Positions 49,201 to 57,946 of a DNA stretch of 64,000 nucleotides are shown here, piece after piece. Made by a program: the position numbers and the translations under genes. Location: positions 56,913 through 120,912 of the IMG/VR virus record IMGVR_UViG_3300013426_000015. The stretch is one strand, 5' to 3'. Numbering within the stretch: the stretch's first letter is position 1; every line of letters starts with the position of its first letter. Source of the stretch: a virus. The notes beneath the pieces were generated by a model. It had not been told where the DNA came from, made no database searches, and was given only the letters and a program-made list of their open reading frames with translations.

Positions 49201-49522
49201 CTTTGATTGTAATATGGTACTCAGCAATCTTATAAAGTATTATATACCAAGTCAATTCTCTGGATATACTAATTCAGAAGGTAAGCAAGTAAGTATATCA
49301 ATTGTAAACGCTCTCATTCCTGGTTATAGTAACTCATGGTTATCTACTGGATATTCGACAAACTTCTATATAAACAACATGGATCATGAGACTTTCTTGA
49401 TGATTCTTGATATGGAAAAGCAGGCTTGCAATAATATGTTTACTTATGATTTTGTAAAACAGGATGATGAAAATATCTTATATAATATCTCTGTTTATCC
49501 TGAAGTAATAAGTGAGGGTTGA
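40280..49522 (+). CDS. Giant baseplate-hub-like protein with an N-terminal thermonuclease (SNase) domain (3080 aa)
   Basis: DSDT, RFVGVNAPE and DGYGRFLG (SNase). Hub-like segments ISEITITKS..ADTC.V.MTN, RIHVRMGY..VFNG.V and IGDPSVKP..VEAVTH...GF. Confidence 0.7.
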   Translation: MAEKSILSYLYSHNYNKIDPSNFVLPTTNDFKSTELPYELEKKINYDGDFTKMLYFIEKPYSENPGFYSDDNVIIVKGKPILTGEYLGNFDSDTVYFPLSDIDDNNAMVSYNDNLFTIKEYLTYASASFGNNAQVGVRFVGVNAPETYKYKLIEADKVDSIAKHFTKSDIKDSRENFLYDELSEDYISDTMYFIQKTIDGTKYWCQLTNESEEKFGPIEDENGNISYDTITVRKYLYKTADANDNKISHEMTQRMIDLIGDNEVVMMLDHNMLNNKSGDYPTTYDQYDDSLIGTLKRYIGGLYSENSGPKYAGFSNFGQDGYGRFLGCLYVKTKIPGLPEEIQEKIGDQWINVTKYLLYYYGPNGIINNALELSFNSYSPTHVANYNFASSAFKVWTYNNNKQRIEDLLDNASFDSITRQREIQKQILGFDFDTELKDWTVMIGDYACIIPPTSIRCVTRNSAESVPLIRSRGSAMKETPQSERILEMTLYFTEDSGINGVEIEVPVTENGETHRLDEHTLAPTGETIKYYMNGLRALISMFKLCPFMPITNTYINDTLNIDAVALSNLYISTVPGYPKCISANLQLREFNYHAYMTEIPYNGSESADTLMYSNLFEKCIDYDALRYYYQKPLYRGEVAARYPFDSKEYLNCTYGNKTALQPMSFEGSGIEFYIPDSDHLNRLLQVKMESISQPIKTQYKVTDDVKEWAAELGKLYPALNDFILSDEYQNFVDFLNDGPTNSNGNHLFVNADLIQDSETRVEITDYSSFVSSFNKNDTYYENGYVYQLTKANQFLKSVFTRNFRQDNYNVYWYFNNRYIPFNFDVNKIAEQRFDFSNLIASNIISNFDIDNNNIKFVINKAKETNTYNIINFLKNLSIDIETNYTNYFNDDGYFVIPFMEKNKDKTVTSNIKNSNAYKVIEYCFNYYTNERPFELPSDTMQSTVMDIKEDVDLDTEDSFKFIKYPNDTIMDSAIVTNVSASFNNNLTNTYLKAIDGYAPQYLGGQDTVIELSLQTQDESVVSALNLLPKLCAEYMRNYRLILSCCPLRINTDITRMLGVNEVMIESVDVSTVDGYPGLYQVNMRFIAMDRTVRNKEALKRLDVNNAGSRTIATTQTFTTRDYFGLKDKISAAEIYPDLELPTIAELNAYGFTYIKYKIFDTSRIYPDPDFYFVYGATTTNKIIRDSIINNLENKNDKTFTMSDYLGGQLNINIAQDGNEQLLSYDNENATAKLEGSISQNIEEAVQKYKNAIYNLKIQTDKVINNGFDLYNISDVNRNINMYTSDELYNLVNIISNLKSNEYWNFSSNAKGLFRSSLSWNIESDDDFSGFVEYFDQATDIVNYIIGDHNKYGTKPYYNGIDDYIYQEIYEKSIDKQGNILSNDKLLNNFNEKYNIDKCNSKYREDIKTWISSIFNDYNFPDITYDSGYAEPHYKPSLFYVATVNGELNRSGSLAPQFTYVENYLVKSILSIADSFTGISSYHDIDDKNNNSWKLNAFTNVNDSIYPLIGKNNKLEEVKDIINTETTFGPFKVSQYSGRYIKRHLGLNYFDAYLSDLLTETQSHYDDTKREKAYFNKIDDEKYYFFNPAIMRHQIKYYSDNDEYSKKIIDGYKIGLLYSPKIAAAEIVINLAIIMQYLICHNILISEIQCLARDVINNKNKIIELHTIMESNKTETIYTNKDYTVFKAEYDKASKATIAKKCTKTIFDQLLEAQDAYDSAKETISDEEIDSVEASLKELANNTFESQDDFNNIVSSLTDIYNKLILGNTLIASLVYINGLDSTMMDAISNKNYQVLNDMLHSSQLALNSTNNIFTYKFLLSLAGREVIKSIEDLGASENTVSSIATGIIDEKFKVNQESQPYIYTRDSFYDMITSDMRGRMARAFPTFYMLFVDEGREIGLWKLNDNFYNMSSISEITITKSRKIAADTCTVSMTNLFKTFTTDDEDGKEMAYDLETLSSIDNSFGDLWDSIFSPRKLFLREYQERLEQNPIERAQLKPGVRIHVRMGYGGDAYSLPTVFNGVVTQVSTGEYINIVCQGDGVELTNPINSGLKYSEDITNYGDIPIVKQIKNWATAGATPKTIMHGFLTTKGKWTRQLINKISSGRFFDDNPFGITHFGDPDFKNIFSNSECVQNIYEAYSTPNFNGDSPNAVTYMQYDYATNDIPKVSTQIIDKSFWDLMHVMAGVAPDYIASIIPFGLRSSVFYGLPHYYCAYEYMKDSDGRIKERRKPFQQYHVYNSYSDIIENNISTSSEFMKTNAVGLYGLKGALGNMTTKRVGPIYADIDIYSEYQKSMTVDTTFVSQYNGALSPLGTIVPFLNNILEDTNALVKYGIDNESIAFRITARALKDSVKEMYQGELITIGDPSVKPYDVMYLSDVYENMQGGCEVEAVTHILNSQTGFTSSIYVDPMIDIDNRYYQVAHSLGISTLASCVGVCGAIWSTSALFGRTTQPFTKMAAKMLTKGTDRLASSVTDILNFLPIGDEISNKVANFIKGSNIFANLNASYQCDKIQELASNLAKIDFSKINDLSKAGQLESYLDAINSIGKIDTSSLSDLVNLTKASDERHQAQIYSYIANHLDDILKEQTSNISSSLTNIADILKKSDGLQTLGKADANIGDALTLLNNINDADFTNRRTIQKYIDAIKLLQNSDEAKDVATDLAQITKNVVDSTKTAATNIDNVASGLAASKIASAVSGTTDDVADALKKAYYVKTGTAIATTVGLTLVEMALEAIICGVVRNNITRFYRNLEVLRIYPLTKNGKVYTAGLSGSRGLVVGSSTFDKQGWLQNFLTDLSDNFLFSNIFYGWILGGDSRDISNITTAWRRGNKMKEPDSDLVGASSALINLLSSVNANMNNYDGMMVNRIALNRITNLYGNDSDTETAATLKAFSNLYISDGDTLEYDVRLSALQPIDYLMDSLKESGVPDGTLTCYHTMTDYNEGTVQIHYNDNLLDVPYYHSIADQPDLIDMSMLSFDCNMVLSNLIKYYIPSQFSGYTNSEGKQVSISIVNALIPGYSNSWLSTGYSTNFYINNMDHETFLMILDMEKQACNNMFTYDFVKQDDENILYNISVYPEVISEG

Positions 49523-49525
49523 TGT

Positions 49526-49900
49526 ATGTATTATAACAATTTTAAAGATAAGATCAAGGACATATCGAACAGTACATCATTAAATACCACATATTATACT
49601 TGTGCTGCTTTTGTAAATAAGGCTTATGAAGAGTCAAATGTTTGTGATATTACATTCATTGATCAGAACGGCGAAAGACAATCTCTTGAGAAAATACCTG
49701 TTATTCTATCAAACAGTAGCACAATAGGATGGTTTCCAAATGACAATGAATATGTCACAATTGAAATGAAGAATGGCTCATGCCAGATAATTTCACCTCA
49801 CATAAATGATTATAATTCTTCATATAAGCACACGAATGATATTAAAACAAACATATTGACCGACTTTTTCAATTACACTATAGGCGGTACAATATTCTAA
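49526..49900 (+). CDS. Putative baseplate spike OB-fold-like protein
   Basis: Follows the hub; NVCDITF..LEKIPV..P..NEYV.I pattern. Confidence 0.4.
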   Translation: MYYNNFKDKIKDISNSTSLNTTYYTCAAFVNKAYEESNVCDITFIDQNGERQSLEKIPVILSNSSTIGWFPNDNEYVTIEMKNGSCQIISPHINDYNSSYKHTNDIKTNILTDFFNYTIGGTIF

Positions 49901-49904
49901 AAAT

Positions 49905-49940
49905 AATAAGGCTGTACTTTCGCGGTACAGCCTTATTTGT
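49905..49940 (+). terminator. Terminator-like hairpin
   Basis: AATAAGGCTGTAC / GTACAGCCTTATT, 13-bp perfect stem. Confidence 0.75.
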
Positions 49941-50014
49941 CTTCAATTTAGATAGTGTGCAATGGTAATATAAAATATAGATTAAGATACTCAACTCAAC
50001 TGGAGTTTTTTATA

Positions 50015-50527
50015 ATGAGCAATGAAAATTTGAAAGCAATTTCAGATAATTATCTAAGAAAGATAAAAAGAGAATCTGTCACACCAAACAGACAGAATAC
50101 ATCTGGAATTGTATCAACAGATAATAAGAGTGGATCACTTCTTGAAAACGGCACGAATAAAACAATCACTGATACTCTTAATCAGTCAAAGGGATCTTCT
50201 GAATCACAAAGTCAGACAGATATATGCTATGAGAAAAATATAATCACAAACAGACTTAATATCAAAACAGATGATATTTTCATAAATAATAATAGGCTTA
50301 ATCCGATATTATTTTCCTCTGCGTTATTCAGTCAGAATGATGTATGTACTCAAGGCGATTTAAATCTTTTCGGCACTGTGCTTGTAAAGGCTTGGGATAA
50401 GTCACTTAATAAAGCTGTTTATATAAGACGGCAAATCAGGTTCCCAATAGCTTATCCAACTGCGCAGATTGCAGATATTGATCCACAGTTTGGAATACCT
50501 ATAGATGGTAATGGAGGTACATTATGA
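50015..50527 (+). CDS. Hypothetical baseplate-region protein
   Basis: SD GGAG upstream of ATG 50015. The listed GTG start at 49955 overlaps the motif region. Confidence 0.55.
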   Translation: MSNENLKAISDNYLRKIKRESVTPNRQNTSGIVSTDNKSGSLLENGTNKTITDTLNQSKGSSESQSQTDICYEKNIITNRLNIKTDDIFINNNRLNPILFSSALFSQNDVCTQGDLNLFGTVLVKAWDKSLNKAVYIRRQIRFPIAYPTAQIADIDPQFGIPIDGNGGTL

Positions 50528-51051
50528 GTACTGTAGACTTAGCTACAACATTATCAGGAGATATATATTTTGAAAATGCCGTAGAAAACAATTCATTAAG
50601 ACTTACATACAATCTGCGTTTTGATGATTTACAGTCATTGAGATTGTCATTTATGCATTCACGAGCCAAGATACCTGACATAACAGAAAAGTCTTTGAAT
50701 TTGTCGTTCAACTATGACGATGAATCTGAGAAGGTAAAGGCTGCTTGTGTATTTGACAACAACGCTACAAAAAAGCAATTAGAGTATGCAATCAGATCAA
50801 CACTTACAGATCTCAAAGAGAATTCTGATTTTGGCTCTGATATGGAGTTATATATCCATTCGAATCTCAGAGATAAGAATGTACTTGCAAATATAGAGAC
50901 AGTTATATCTGACGCAATCGCGCCCATTCTCTCGTCTCCTACTGTTAAAGTAATTCCTAAAGTAAGTCTTTCTTCAAATGGATATTTCCAAGGTATTCTG
51001 ATTGAGATATATGATAACAATCAACTCTTTATGACTTATAACCTTAAATAA
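50524..51051 (+). CDS. gp25-like baseplate wedge/sheath initiator
   Basis: DL..T.SGDI at the N-terminus and DLKENSDFGSD; precedes the baseplate J-like gene. Confidence 0.6.
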   Translation: MSTVDLATTLSGDIYFENAVENNSLRLTYNLRFDDLQSLRLSFMHSRAKIPDITEKSLNLSFNYDDESEKVKAACVFDNNATKKQLEYAIRSTLTDLKENSDFGSDMELYIHSNLRDKNVLANIETVISDAIAPILSSPTVKVIPKVSLSSNGYFQGILIEIYDNNQLFMTYNLK

Positions 51052-51070
51052 ATTAAAGGTAAAAATATAG

Positions 51071-51856
51071 ATGAAAACAATAAAAGAGATACATGACAGC
51101 ATACTGAATACATTCAGTACACTATCAGGATTCACTGTTCAGGATGGTACTGTACTTGATGATCAGACATATGCTTTAGCCGATGCGCTCGCAGAGGCAT
51201 ATATAGAAATTGAAAACAATAAAAATCCATATTTGTATTCTAAAATATCTGGAAGTAATCTTGATGACTTAGGATACATGGTTAATTGCCCAAGACAAGC
51301 GAATGAAGAAGATGATTCTTATCTTCATAGACTTGTTGAGTGGATGATAAGCTGCGAAGCCGCAAACTATGATAGTATAGAAAATGCGCTGATGAATCTT
51401 CAGTTCGCTTCTTATGCCACTTATGTACCATTCGTCTATGGTGTCGGAACGGCTATAGTTTACATTATACCTAATTCTTATGATGACGACACCATTATTT
51501 CAGCAAAGCTTGAAGTAAAAAACAGAGTAGACAAAGTAAAGTCGGCAGCATCTTACATTGAATATGTTGTGCCCGAACAAAAGCACGTCTCACTTGCTAT
51601 AAGAATCGAATACGAGGATAACGCTGATAAGAGTTATGTACTTACTCAGCTTACCAAAAAGATTCAGGATTACATAAATAATATAGCTATAGGTTCAAAG
51701 CTTGAGATAGGTGAATTAAATAAGATTGGAACTAATCAGGTTGGCGTCGATTATTTTGTTATAGTACAGATGTATATGAACGGTGAGCCAGCAAATGAAC
51801 TTTCTTATCTGCAAACCATACATAGGAAATTTGTCTTTGATAACCTGATCTATTAA
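51071..51856 (+). CDS. Baseplate J-like wedge protein
   Basis: GSNLDDLG, E.DDSY..R, GVGT..VYI and IQDYINN..IG motifs. Confidence 0.8.
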   Translation: MKTIKEIHDSILNTFSTLSGFTVQDGTVLDDQTYALADALAEAYIEIENNKNPYLYSKISGSNLDDLGYMVNCPRQANEEDDSYLHRLVEWMISCEAANYDSIENALMNLQFASYATYVPFVYGVGTAIVYIIPNSYDDDTIISAKLEVKNRVDKVKSAASYIEYVVPEQKHVSLAIRIEYEDNADKSYVLTQLTKKIQDYINNIAIGSKLEIGELNKIGTNQVGVDYFVIVQMYMNGEPANELSYLQTIHRKFVFDNLIY

Positions 51857-51867
51857 GGAGTAGATAT

Positions 51868-54800
51868 ATGCTTGAACAAGATAAAATACTCTCTTTAATG
51901 ACAAAGCACTTTCCAAGATGGATGGATATAAGAAAGAGAGTAAAAACGTCTAATGGCGGCAAATATCTGCAATCACTCGCTTATGAGGTTGCAGATATAC
52001 AGACCGCTATAGATGAATATAAGAAAGATTTTTTTCTTATTAACTATCGTGACAAATATGATGATATTCCATACTATGTTTACTATATAACTGTAGGCGA
52101 GATAGATACAAATGATTTTGTGCTTATATCTCCCAGTGGTTTATCTGAAGCGTCCAGTGTAGAAGAGTTCTATAACACTGATAACAAGTACTTCTATGAA
52201 GACAACAAAATATTCTTCAGAAAAGAAAATGTCGATGAGACTTCGGCCCAAGTAAAATATATTCTTGATGATATAGAGTATACTTCTATTATAAGTAAGT
52301 TATTTGTATGGAATATTTACGATGAATTCGCCGCGTTTGTAGGACTTAAGAGATTTACCAATGAAGATAATGAATCTCTTACGAATCGAATACTTAATGT
52401 ATTCAGATGTATTCCTAACAGCACCGAAGAAGGTTTAAAGAACGCAATCATAAATGATTTACTTGAACCGATCAACGAAGCTTATCCAAACCTCAGCTAT
52501 GATGAGATCAGGAATAAGATTATAATTGAACGCCCGACTCCAGAAAACCTTGAACTTAAATATGATGAGTTCACTACTATTTTAGATAAACTGGCAGAGA
52601 TAAACGCTGATGTCTATAGAATGAAGATATGGGACGAGGATATATGGCAATTCAAATTGTCCGGAATTGATTATCTACCTCATGTATGGGATCATATCTT
52701 AGCAGCTTATGATAATGGTATAGGATTCAAAGATGATCTTAAACCAGAAATCATAGAGCACATAGACGAAACTGATGCTACAGCTAAAATCTCTGTATAT
52801 AAGCAGGACTTTGATGTTATTCAGGAGTACTTGTCTGGACACTCAATCAAGAAAAATATAAAGCTGAGACTTCTGAAATACAATGATGACCTGAAAGCCA
52901 CTGATGTTGAGTACACGATTACGGCATCTAAGCCAGTCAATATAACAAACAGACTCGATGACATATCATTATCTGTTACCGATGGAACAAAAAGCGCTTC
53001 AATCTCACTTTCTGATATTTTCGAACTTACAGAAGATGATGAGTTATATCTCAATAATGTAACTCAGTCATTTGTAAAGTGTCACAAAGATTATATCTAT
53101 GAGGAAGTCCCTGTGCCTGATCCTGACCCAGATCCCGACCCTGATCCAACAGACCCGACTGATCCAACGGATCCAACTAATCCTGATCAAGATGAAACCG
53201 GTGATAATACTGAAGAAGAGACTGGTGGCGACACTGGCGACAGTAAAGACGACACTGACGACAAAGAAGAAGAAAAACCTCCAAAAACTGAATTAGTCGT
53301 TAAGGAAATCATCAGAACATATTCTATTGTAAGAATTACGCCTAATAATAAAGCTGTTGCAGACAAAATTAAGTCAGCTCGAATTGATTCAAACAAGGCA
53401 GTCTACTCAATTGTATGCAGTGACAATGATTTTAACTTTGATCCGATATTCGTTTACAAGAATGAAGACGAATACCGCTATGACATAACCAACTCTCATT
53501 CAGGAGCATTTGAATACTGTTATCTTACACAAAAGTCTGAGATTATCCATTATTCTTATAATAAAGTTAAGACATATACAAAAGTTACCAATGATGTTGA
53601 GATGGCTAATAACTTCTCACCAGTGATGCAATTTGAAGATCAGTATATCTATGTAATCACAAATTATAAGAATTGTACTGCCGTTTTCCAGAATAACCTT
53701 ACGGACACATTCATTGGTTCATGGAGCTTTGGAAACAGTTCACTGTCTATAATTTCCTCTATAGATTATGATAATGTTGAATCTACAAGTTACACATTTA
53801 ATGCTGATATAATTACTAATTCTCCGAGAATTACTTTCAGTGATATGTTTACTGAGAATAATATATCTCAGTATCTTACCGCTGATGATGGATCTTCTAT
53901 CAATCCGGCAGATTTTACTCCAAGGAATTTGTCAAGATATGAGATCAGCTCGCTTATCAGTGACGATGCGTCCAAAGAAGATATTAATTACAGCAAAACT
54001 TATTTATCTAATGCTGATCTTGCCAATGACACTGTAAGCACAAATAAGTATGTTCGTTCGGTCCGTGCCACCAATATAACCTCTGAGTATATAAAACTGC
54101 CTCATGTTAAAATAGATAATATAATCTATATAGGCGGTAACATGAATTGGAGACTTGGCGATCCTGTGACTAACACCGTAAGATATACATTACAGGCAGA
54201 GAAGGGGCTCATCATCTTCGATTCGACACCTTCAACCGATCTGTATATTGTCTATACCATTTATGTCCCTGAATCGGTTTCTATTCCACTGAATGAGCTT
54301 TATAGGCTTGCCGAATACAACAGACAAGCATATAAAAAGATATATGATTCTACTATTTCAGGCATAACTGATGGATATGTATACACTGTAGAGAATGTGG
54401 ATGACAGCGACCTATATAATATTATTGTCACTGATTATCCCACATATTTTATCCCTGCGATTATAGATAACACAGTTGTATTCAATAAAGTTCCAGAGAA
54501 TGCTCTGTCCATCAAATACGGGTATTATTATTTTGGCGAGCAAGAATACTATTTACTTGCTGACAAAACTCCTACATCAGAAGAAAATATCTCTAATGTC
54601 AAATTTGAAAATACAAGGTCAAATGGCTCTGAGATTATTCTGAATAAATACAATGAAAACTATATAAAGAATTCGCGTATGCGACTTAATACAATAAGCA
54701 ACACATACGCCATAGACCTTATAAAGCATACTGATAAGATTATAAATAATAAGCTCGGCGCGATTTCTACCTGTGACAACTTCTATAAATGGAAGTCATT

Positions 54801-56109
54801 CGGAGTAGACCTGTCTCTCGAAAAATACGGAATCTATAATAATATCGGCATCAGACTCATTTCTAATATGCCTAATGGATATGCTTATTACGACATCACA
54901 GTAGATAAGGATTCAGATACTGCAAAAGATTATTATGTTTCATTGTATCTCAGCGGAAAACTTAATGCCTATATCGCAAAAGAAACCACTTATGATGGCA
55001 TGAGATTTCGTAGATCATTGACTGCTGAGATTGTCAAAAAACTTGATGTATTAAAAGCAGATAACAGAGTTTCTGCTGTGTTTACTCAGGATCCCGGATA
55101 TAACTATTATCTCATAATAACCGCTGAATCTCAGAATAAAAATTATATCAATATATTCGATGATATAATGATGTATGAAAATACAGACAAGCTTGATATT
55201 AACGCGCAGAAAAACATAGATATACTTGGATATAGTATTAAAGAGAAAGTCACTGATAATAATTATAATAACAGAATCTATTTTGACAGCAATAAATATA
55301 CTGATAAGAATAACGTCGATATAGACCAATATGGCTATATCATCAACTCATGTAATATTGACTGGGATATGACAAAACTCTTTGAATATAAGAATGCTGA
55401 TGATTTCAAGAGATATTTATCAGTTCGCAGCAAGGTCAATATAGACGAGCATGGTAATTATCTGTATACTACCAGTGATAGTGTCGGTAGAATTGTGACT
55501 GAACCGATAGCTATAAATAACTACAGGCTTATTAAAAATCTCATAATTGAGATAAACGATATGCCATTCGAAAGTCTTACTGGATTCCAGACACGTTTGC
55601 TTGTATCTCAAACCGAAGATGGCATTTATGAAGATACCGGAGTTATTGCGTATAAGAATACCGATAGTTTTTCTGGCGATCTTCTCTCTGGAAACTTTGT
55701 CAAGCTCAGCATAGTTATGCCGGTTAATAAATATATCGGCAGCATAGCGATGTATGCAGAATACAAAACTACTGAAACAGAGCAGCCGGTCGGCGCGATA
55801 AGACCCAACGGCTCTATCACATCTGCTATTCTTGATACTTATTATATGACAGATTATATAATTGATAAAGTCAATATGGAATGTGAATGCCCGTTATCTT
55901 CGTTCAGAATAAAGATAAGGTCTTATAAAGACAATAACATATGGACTGACTGGAAAGACATTTCTGTTGATTCAAATGGTAATGTAACTACACCAGTCAA
56001 GTTTGAAAATACGAGATACTTCCAGGCAATCGTTGAAGTATTACAGAATGATACTCGTGTCAAAATAAATTATATTGATGTAAGGAGATCCGATAATGAT
56101 TCAGAATAA
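51868..56109 (+). CDS. Large baseplate wedge protein (1413 aa) with an internal PD/PTD repeat linker
   Basis: Follows baseplate J; FPRW, DEFAAFVGLKR..E.NE.L.NRI and ST.EGL resemble wedge proteins. Confidence 0.55.
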   Translation: MLEQDKILSLMTKHFPRWMDIRKRVKTSNGGKYLQSLAYEVADIQTAIDEYKKDFFLINYRDKYDDIPYYVYYITVGEIDTNDFVLISPSGLSEASSVEEFYNTDNKYFYEDNKIFFRKENVDETSAQVKYILDDIEYTSIISKLFVWNIYDEFAAFVGLKRFTNEDNESLTNRILNVFRCIPNSTEEGLKNAIINDLLEPINEAYPNLSYDEIRNKIIIERPTPENLELKYDEFTTILDKLAEINADVYRMKIWDEDIWQFKLSGIDYLPHVWDHILAAYDNGIGFKDDLKPEIIEHIDETDATAKISVYKQDFDVIQEYLSGHSIKKNIKLRLLKYNDDLKATDVEYTITASKPVNITNRLDDISLSVTDGTKSASISLSDIFELTEDDELYLNNVTQSFVKCHKDYIYEEVPVPDPDPDPDPDPTDPTDPTDPTNPDQDETGDNTEEETGGDTGDSKDDTDDKEEEKPPKTELVVKEIIRTYSIVRITPNNKAVADKIKSARIDSNKAVYSIVCSDNDFNFDPIFVYKNEDEYRYDITNSHSGAFEYCYLTQKSEIIHYSYNKVKTYTKVTNDVEMANNFSPVMQFEDQYIYVITNYKNCTAVFQNNLTDTFIGSWSFGNSSLSIISSIDYDNVESTSYTFNADIITNSPRITFSDMFTENNISQYLTADDGSSINPADFTPRNLSRYEISSLISDDASKEDINYSKTYLSNADLANDTVSTNKYVRSVRATNITSEYIKLPHVKIDNIIYIGGNMNWRLGDPVTNTVRYTLQAEKGLIIFDSTPSTDLYIVYTIYVPESVSIPLNELYRLAEYNRQAYKKIYDSTISGITDGYVYTVENVDDSDLYNIIVTDYPTYFIPAIIDNTVVFNKVPENALSIKYGYYYFGEQEYYLLADKTPTSEENISNVKFENTRSNGSEIILNKYNENYIKNSRMRLNTISNTYAIDLIKHTDKIINNKLGAISTCDNFYKWKSFGVDLSLEKYGIYNNIGIRLISNMPNGYAYYDITVDKDSDTAKDYYVSLYLSGKLNAYIAKETTYDGMRFRRSLTAEIVKKLDVLKADNRVSAVFTQDPGYNYYLIITAESQNKNYINIFDDIMMYENTDKLDINAQKNIDILGYSIKEKVTDNNYNNRIYFDSNKYTDKNNVDIDQYGYIINSCNIDWDMTKLFEYKNADDFKRYLSVRSKVNIDEHGNYLYTTSDSVGRIVTEPIAINNYRLIKNLIIEINDMPFESLTGFQTRLLVSQTEDGIYEDTGVIAYKNTDSFSGDLLSGNFVKLSIVMPVNKYIGSIAMYAEYKTTETEQPVGAIRPNGSITSAILDTYYMTDYIIDKVNMECECPLSSFRIKIRSYKDNNIWTDWKDISVDSNGNVTTPVKFENTRYFQAIVEVLQNDTRVKINYIDVRRSDNDSE
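53110..53280 (+). repeat. Coding low-complexity repeat (PD)n(PTD)n plus an acidic linker
   Basis: PVPDPDPDPDPDPTDPTDPTDPTNPD...; the codons are degenerate, so this is not a perfect DNA microsatellite. Confidence 0.8.
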
Positions 56110-57943
56110 TTGCAGAATAGATGCCAGCAATGGTATAAGATTCTTTGATCAGGATATTCTTATAGACGATTTCGTATATAATGATTATGCGGAAGTGGAA
56201 CTCACAATTGCCTATAATACGCCCGGTTTTGGAATTGTATTATTCAATAATGCCACTTCTGCATTATTGTCGTCAGACAGTGAGACATTCTTATTCAGAA
56301 TTGGCTACAGAGAGGCGTCCATTGAATACAAGACTGGCTATTTGAATAGGACTATCCTGTCTATACCGACAACGATATATCCTGGCATACATAATGATAA
56401 CATCAAAGTCAAGTTCAGAAAATACAGACGAAATATATATCTTGATGTTGACGGTACTTCTGTTTTTGATACGAGACTATATAAGCTGCCCAAGGACATC
56501 AGCAAATTCTGTATTGGCATATATTCGAATGCCGGAAATGTTATTAAGTATATTCAGTCAAATTCCAAGATACCAGATTATTGGAGTATAAATATGTACA
56601 ATACCATCGGCGGAAGAATCAAATTCTTCAATGATGGATTTGAAGTGTCTGAATGCAATGAAAAGGCTGAGATAGAGCAGATGAAGATAGATCTCCCGGC
56701 AGGAAAATTCTATCTTCATTACAAGCTGAGTGACCAGAATGATATTAAGTGCTATGCTTTCGCTTCAAATGACGCTTTGATAAAAGACGCCGATAAAAAC
56801 ATTCTGGACTATTCGGATAATTCCATAACCCTTGAAAAAGACACAGAAGTTAATATTAAGTTTGTTGGTACATATGGAACTGTCTCTGAGATTATCCTGA
56901 ATCAGGATAAAGACAGCGGATATGTTTACACCACTGATGACAACAAAGAGGTCCCTCCAAGCAATATTATTATCAATAAAAATAATATAAGTAAGGTTGT
57001 CTGGTCCGCCGTTATTACTTCATTCGGTACTAAAGAAGAGGTTTATCTATTCAAAGACGGAGAATATTCTCTCAAAGAATATAGCGGAGATAAATCATTT
57101 GAATTCGGGAAGACATATCAGTATACTTATGATCTTGAAACCAATAAATTCGATATAAACTATAATGATGATATTGAATTTACAGAGACACTGAGTGAAG
57201 ATGAGATAGACAAAGATACGTTTTCTATTTTAAAGAATGTGGACGCGACATTATTCTATCTTACTATTTATGAGAAAGATGGCACTATTACAAATATCAT
57301 AACCGATAACGTAAAGAAGATAAGCGTTCCATTCAGCAGAAGAGATCCAATTATAGTTACCGATGAATATGATGAGCCGCTCAATATTTCAAGCTCTTAC
57401 AGAATATATACTGTATTCAAAGACGGTACTGACATTATAGACCATGATCAGGACAGATATGTATTTACGAACATTGAGAGGGAAGTATACCCTGTAAGCA
57501 CATATAATAGTTACAAGACTCAATTTGACATAAGTGAAAATATCAATGCGGTGAGAATATATGGAATCACAAATGAGACCATAGATTATGATAGTGTCTA
57601 TCGTGTTATTAACCACGTTGATGATATAGGTTTATGCTGCGATAATAACTATAAACAAATAGACAGCTCAGAAGTTGTCATATCAAGACTCACAAATGAG
57701 ATTGTTATAAATTCAGATACTTCTGGATTCAGCTATATCGTTATTGACTATTTGAAGGATCAGAGTTATTGTATCAATCCTAATTTCGACAAAGACACAT
57801 ATGATATTGAGATTTCATCGTCTTCGAAGTTGAAGTATTATTTCGCTCCAAATTCCAGCACCGTTATGAGTGATTACAAGGTATTGTCTTTTGATAATTT
57901 CGGCAATGACTCATATTATCTATGTATAAGAAAGGAAGTGTAA
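56096..57943 (+). CDS. Putative baseplate/structural protein (615 aa, beta-rich)
   Basis: Overlaps the upstream stop; SD AGGAG; synteny only. Confidence 0.5.
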   Translation: MIQNNCRIDASNGIRFFDQDILIDDFVYNDYAEVELTIAYNTPGFGIVLFNNATSALLSSDSETFLFRIGYREASIEYKTGYLNRTILSIPTTIYPGIHNDNIKVKFRKYRRNIYLDVDGTSVFDTRLYKLPKDISKFCIGIYSNAGNVIKYIQSNSKIPDYWSINMYNTIGGRIKFFNDGFEVSECNEKAEIEQMKIDLPAGKFYLHYKLSDQNDIKCYAFASNDALIKDADKNILDYSDNSITLEKDTEVNIKFVGTYGTVSEIILNQDKDSGYVYTTDDNKEVPPSNIIINKNNISKVVWSAVITSFGTKEEVYLFKDGEYSLKEYSGDKSFEFGKTYQYTYDLETNKFDINYNDDIEFTETLSEDEIDKDTFSILKNVDATLFYLTIYEKDGTITNIITDNVKKISVPFSRRDPIIVTDEYDEPLNISSSYRIYTVFKDGTDIIDHDQDRYVFTNIEREVYPVSTYNSYKTQFDISENINAVRIYGITNETIDYDSVYRVINHVDDIGLCCDNNYKQIDSSEVVISRLTNEIVINSDTSGFSYIVIDYLKDQSYCINPNFDKDTYDIEISSSSKLKYYFAPNSSTVMSDYKVLSFDNFGNDSYYLCIRKEV

Positions 57944-57946
57944 TCT

